A stretch of 56,853 nucleotides of DNA from positions 1 through 56,853 of the IMG/VR virus record IMGVR_UViG_3300034524_000079. One strand, given 5' to 3'. The position numbers and the translations under genes were made by a program. Positions 56,727-56,853 of this stretch are shown here, piece after piece (positions within the stretch are counted from its first letter, which is position 1; each line of letters opens with the position of its first letter). The DNA is from a virus. Taxonomy: Duplodnaviria; Caudoviricetes. The notes under the pieces were generated by a model. The model was not told the origin of the DNA. It made no database searches and saw only the letters and a program-made list of their open reading frames with translations.

Positions 56727-56853
56727 TCAGAGAGTTGGTACTGAGGAGTTTGCGGGACATGGTAAAAGTTAAAGTGGTGGGTGCCGACAAAAGCTAGTGG
56801 TTTATTTGCCGAAGTTTTTCAGTGTTCTCTCAAAGTCTTTCAATGCTCGGTTA
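56727..56853. repeat. Terminal direct repeat copy (identical to 1-127)
   Basis: Exact match to the window start. Confidence 0.95.

Overview
The window is an apparently complete, circular temperate phage genome. It has about 56,726 bp of unique sequence, because bases 1-127 repeat exactly at 56727-56853. Ribosome-binding-site (RBS) style, PBSX/Xkd-like tail genes and sporulation-type proteins suggest a spore-forming Bacillota host (inference). Gene order: early/recombination genes (Rad50-like ATPase, RecT, MBL nuclease), two DNA methyltransferases, replication (O/DnaD-like initiator with internal iterons, DnaC-like loader), RusA, a late activator, a cos-type HK97-like head, a contractile tail and baseplate, a lysis module containing an S8 protease, AT-rich accessory cassettes, an intact attP (3' part of tRNA-Gly(CCC)), a tyrosine integrase and a CI/Cro switch. 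The standout element is at 15113-16343. A nuclease-less protein resembling only the IS110 C-terminal/Nop-like RNA-binding region is followed directly by about 12 units of a roughly 35-nt dual-repeat array: TGCGAGCY, ~10 variable nt, TGANNNC, ~10 variable nt. This matches the architecture of a TIGR-Tas (TasA-type) RNA-guided system. All protein calls come from motif recognition and gene context, not database searches.
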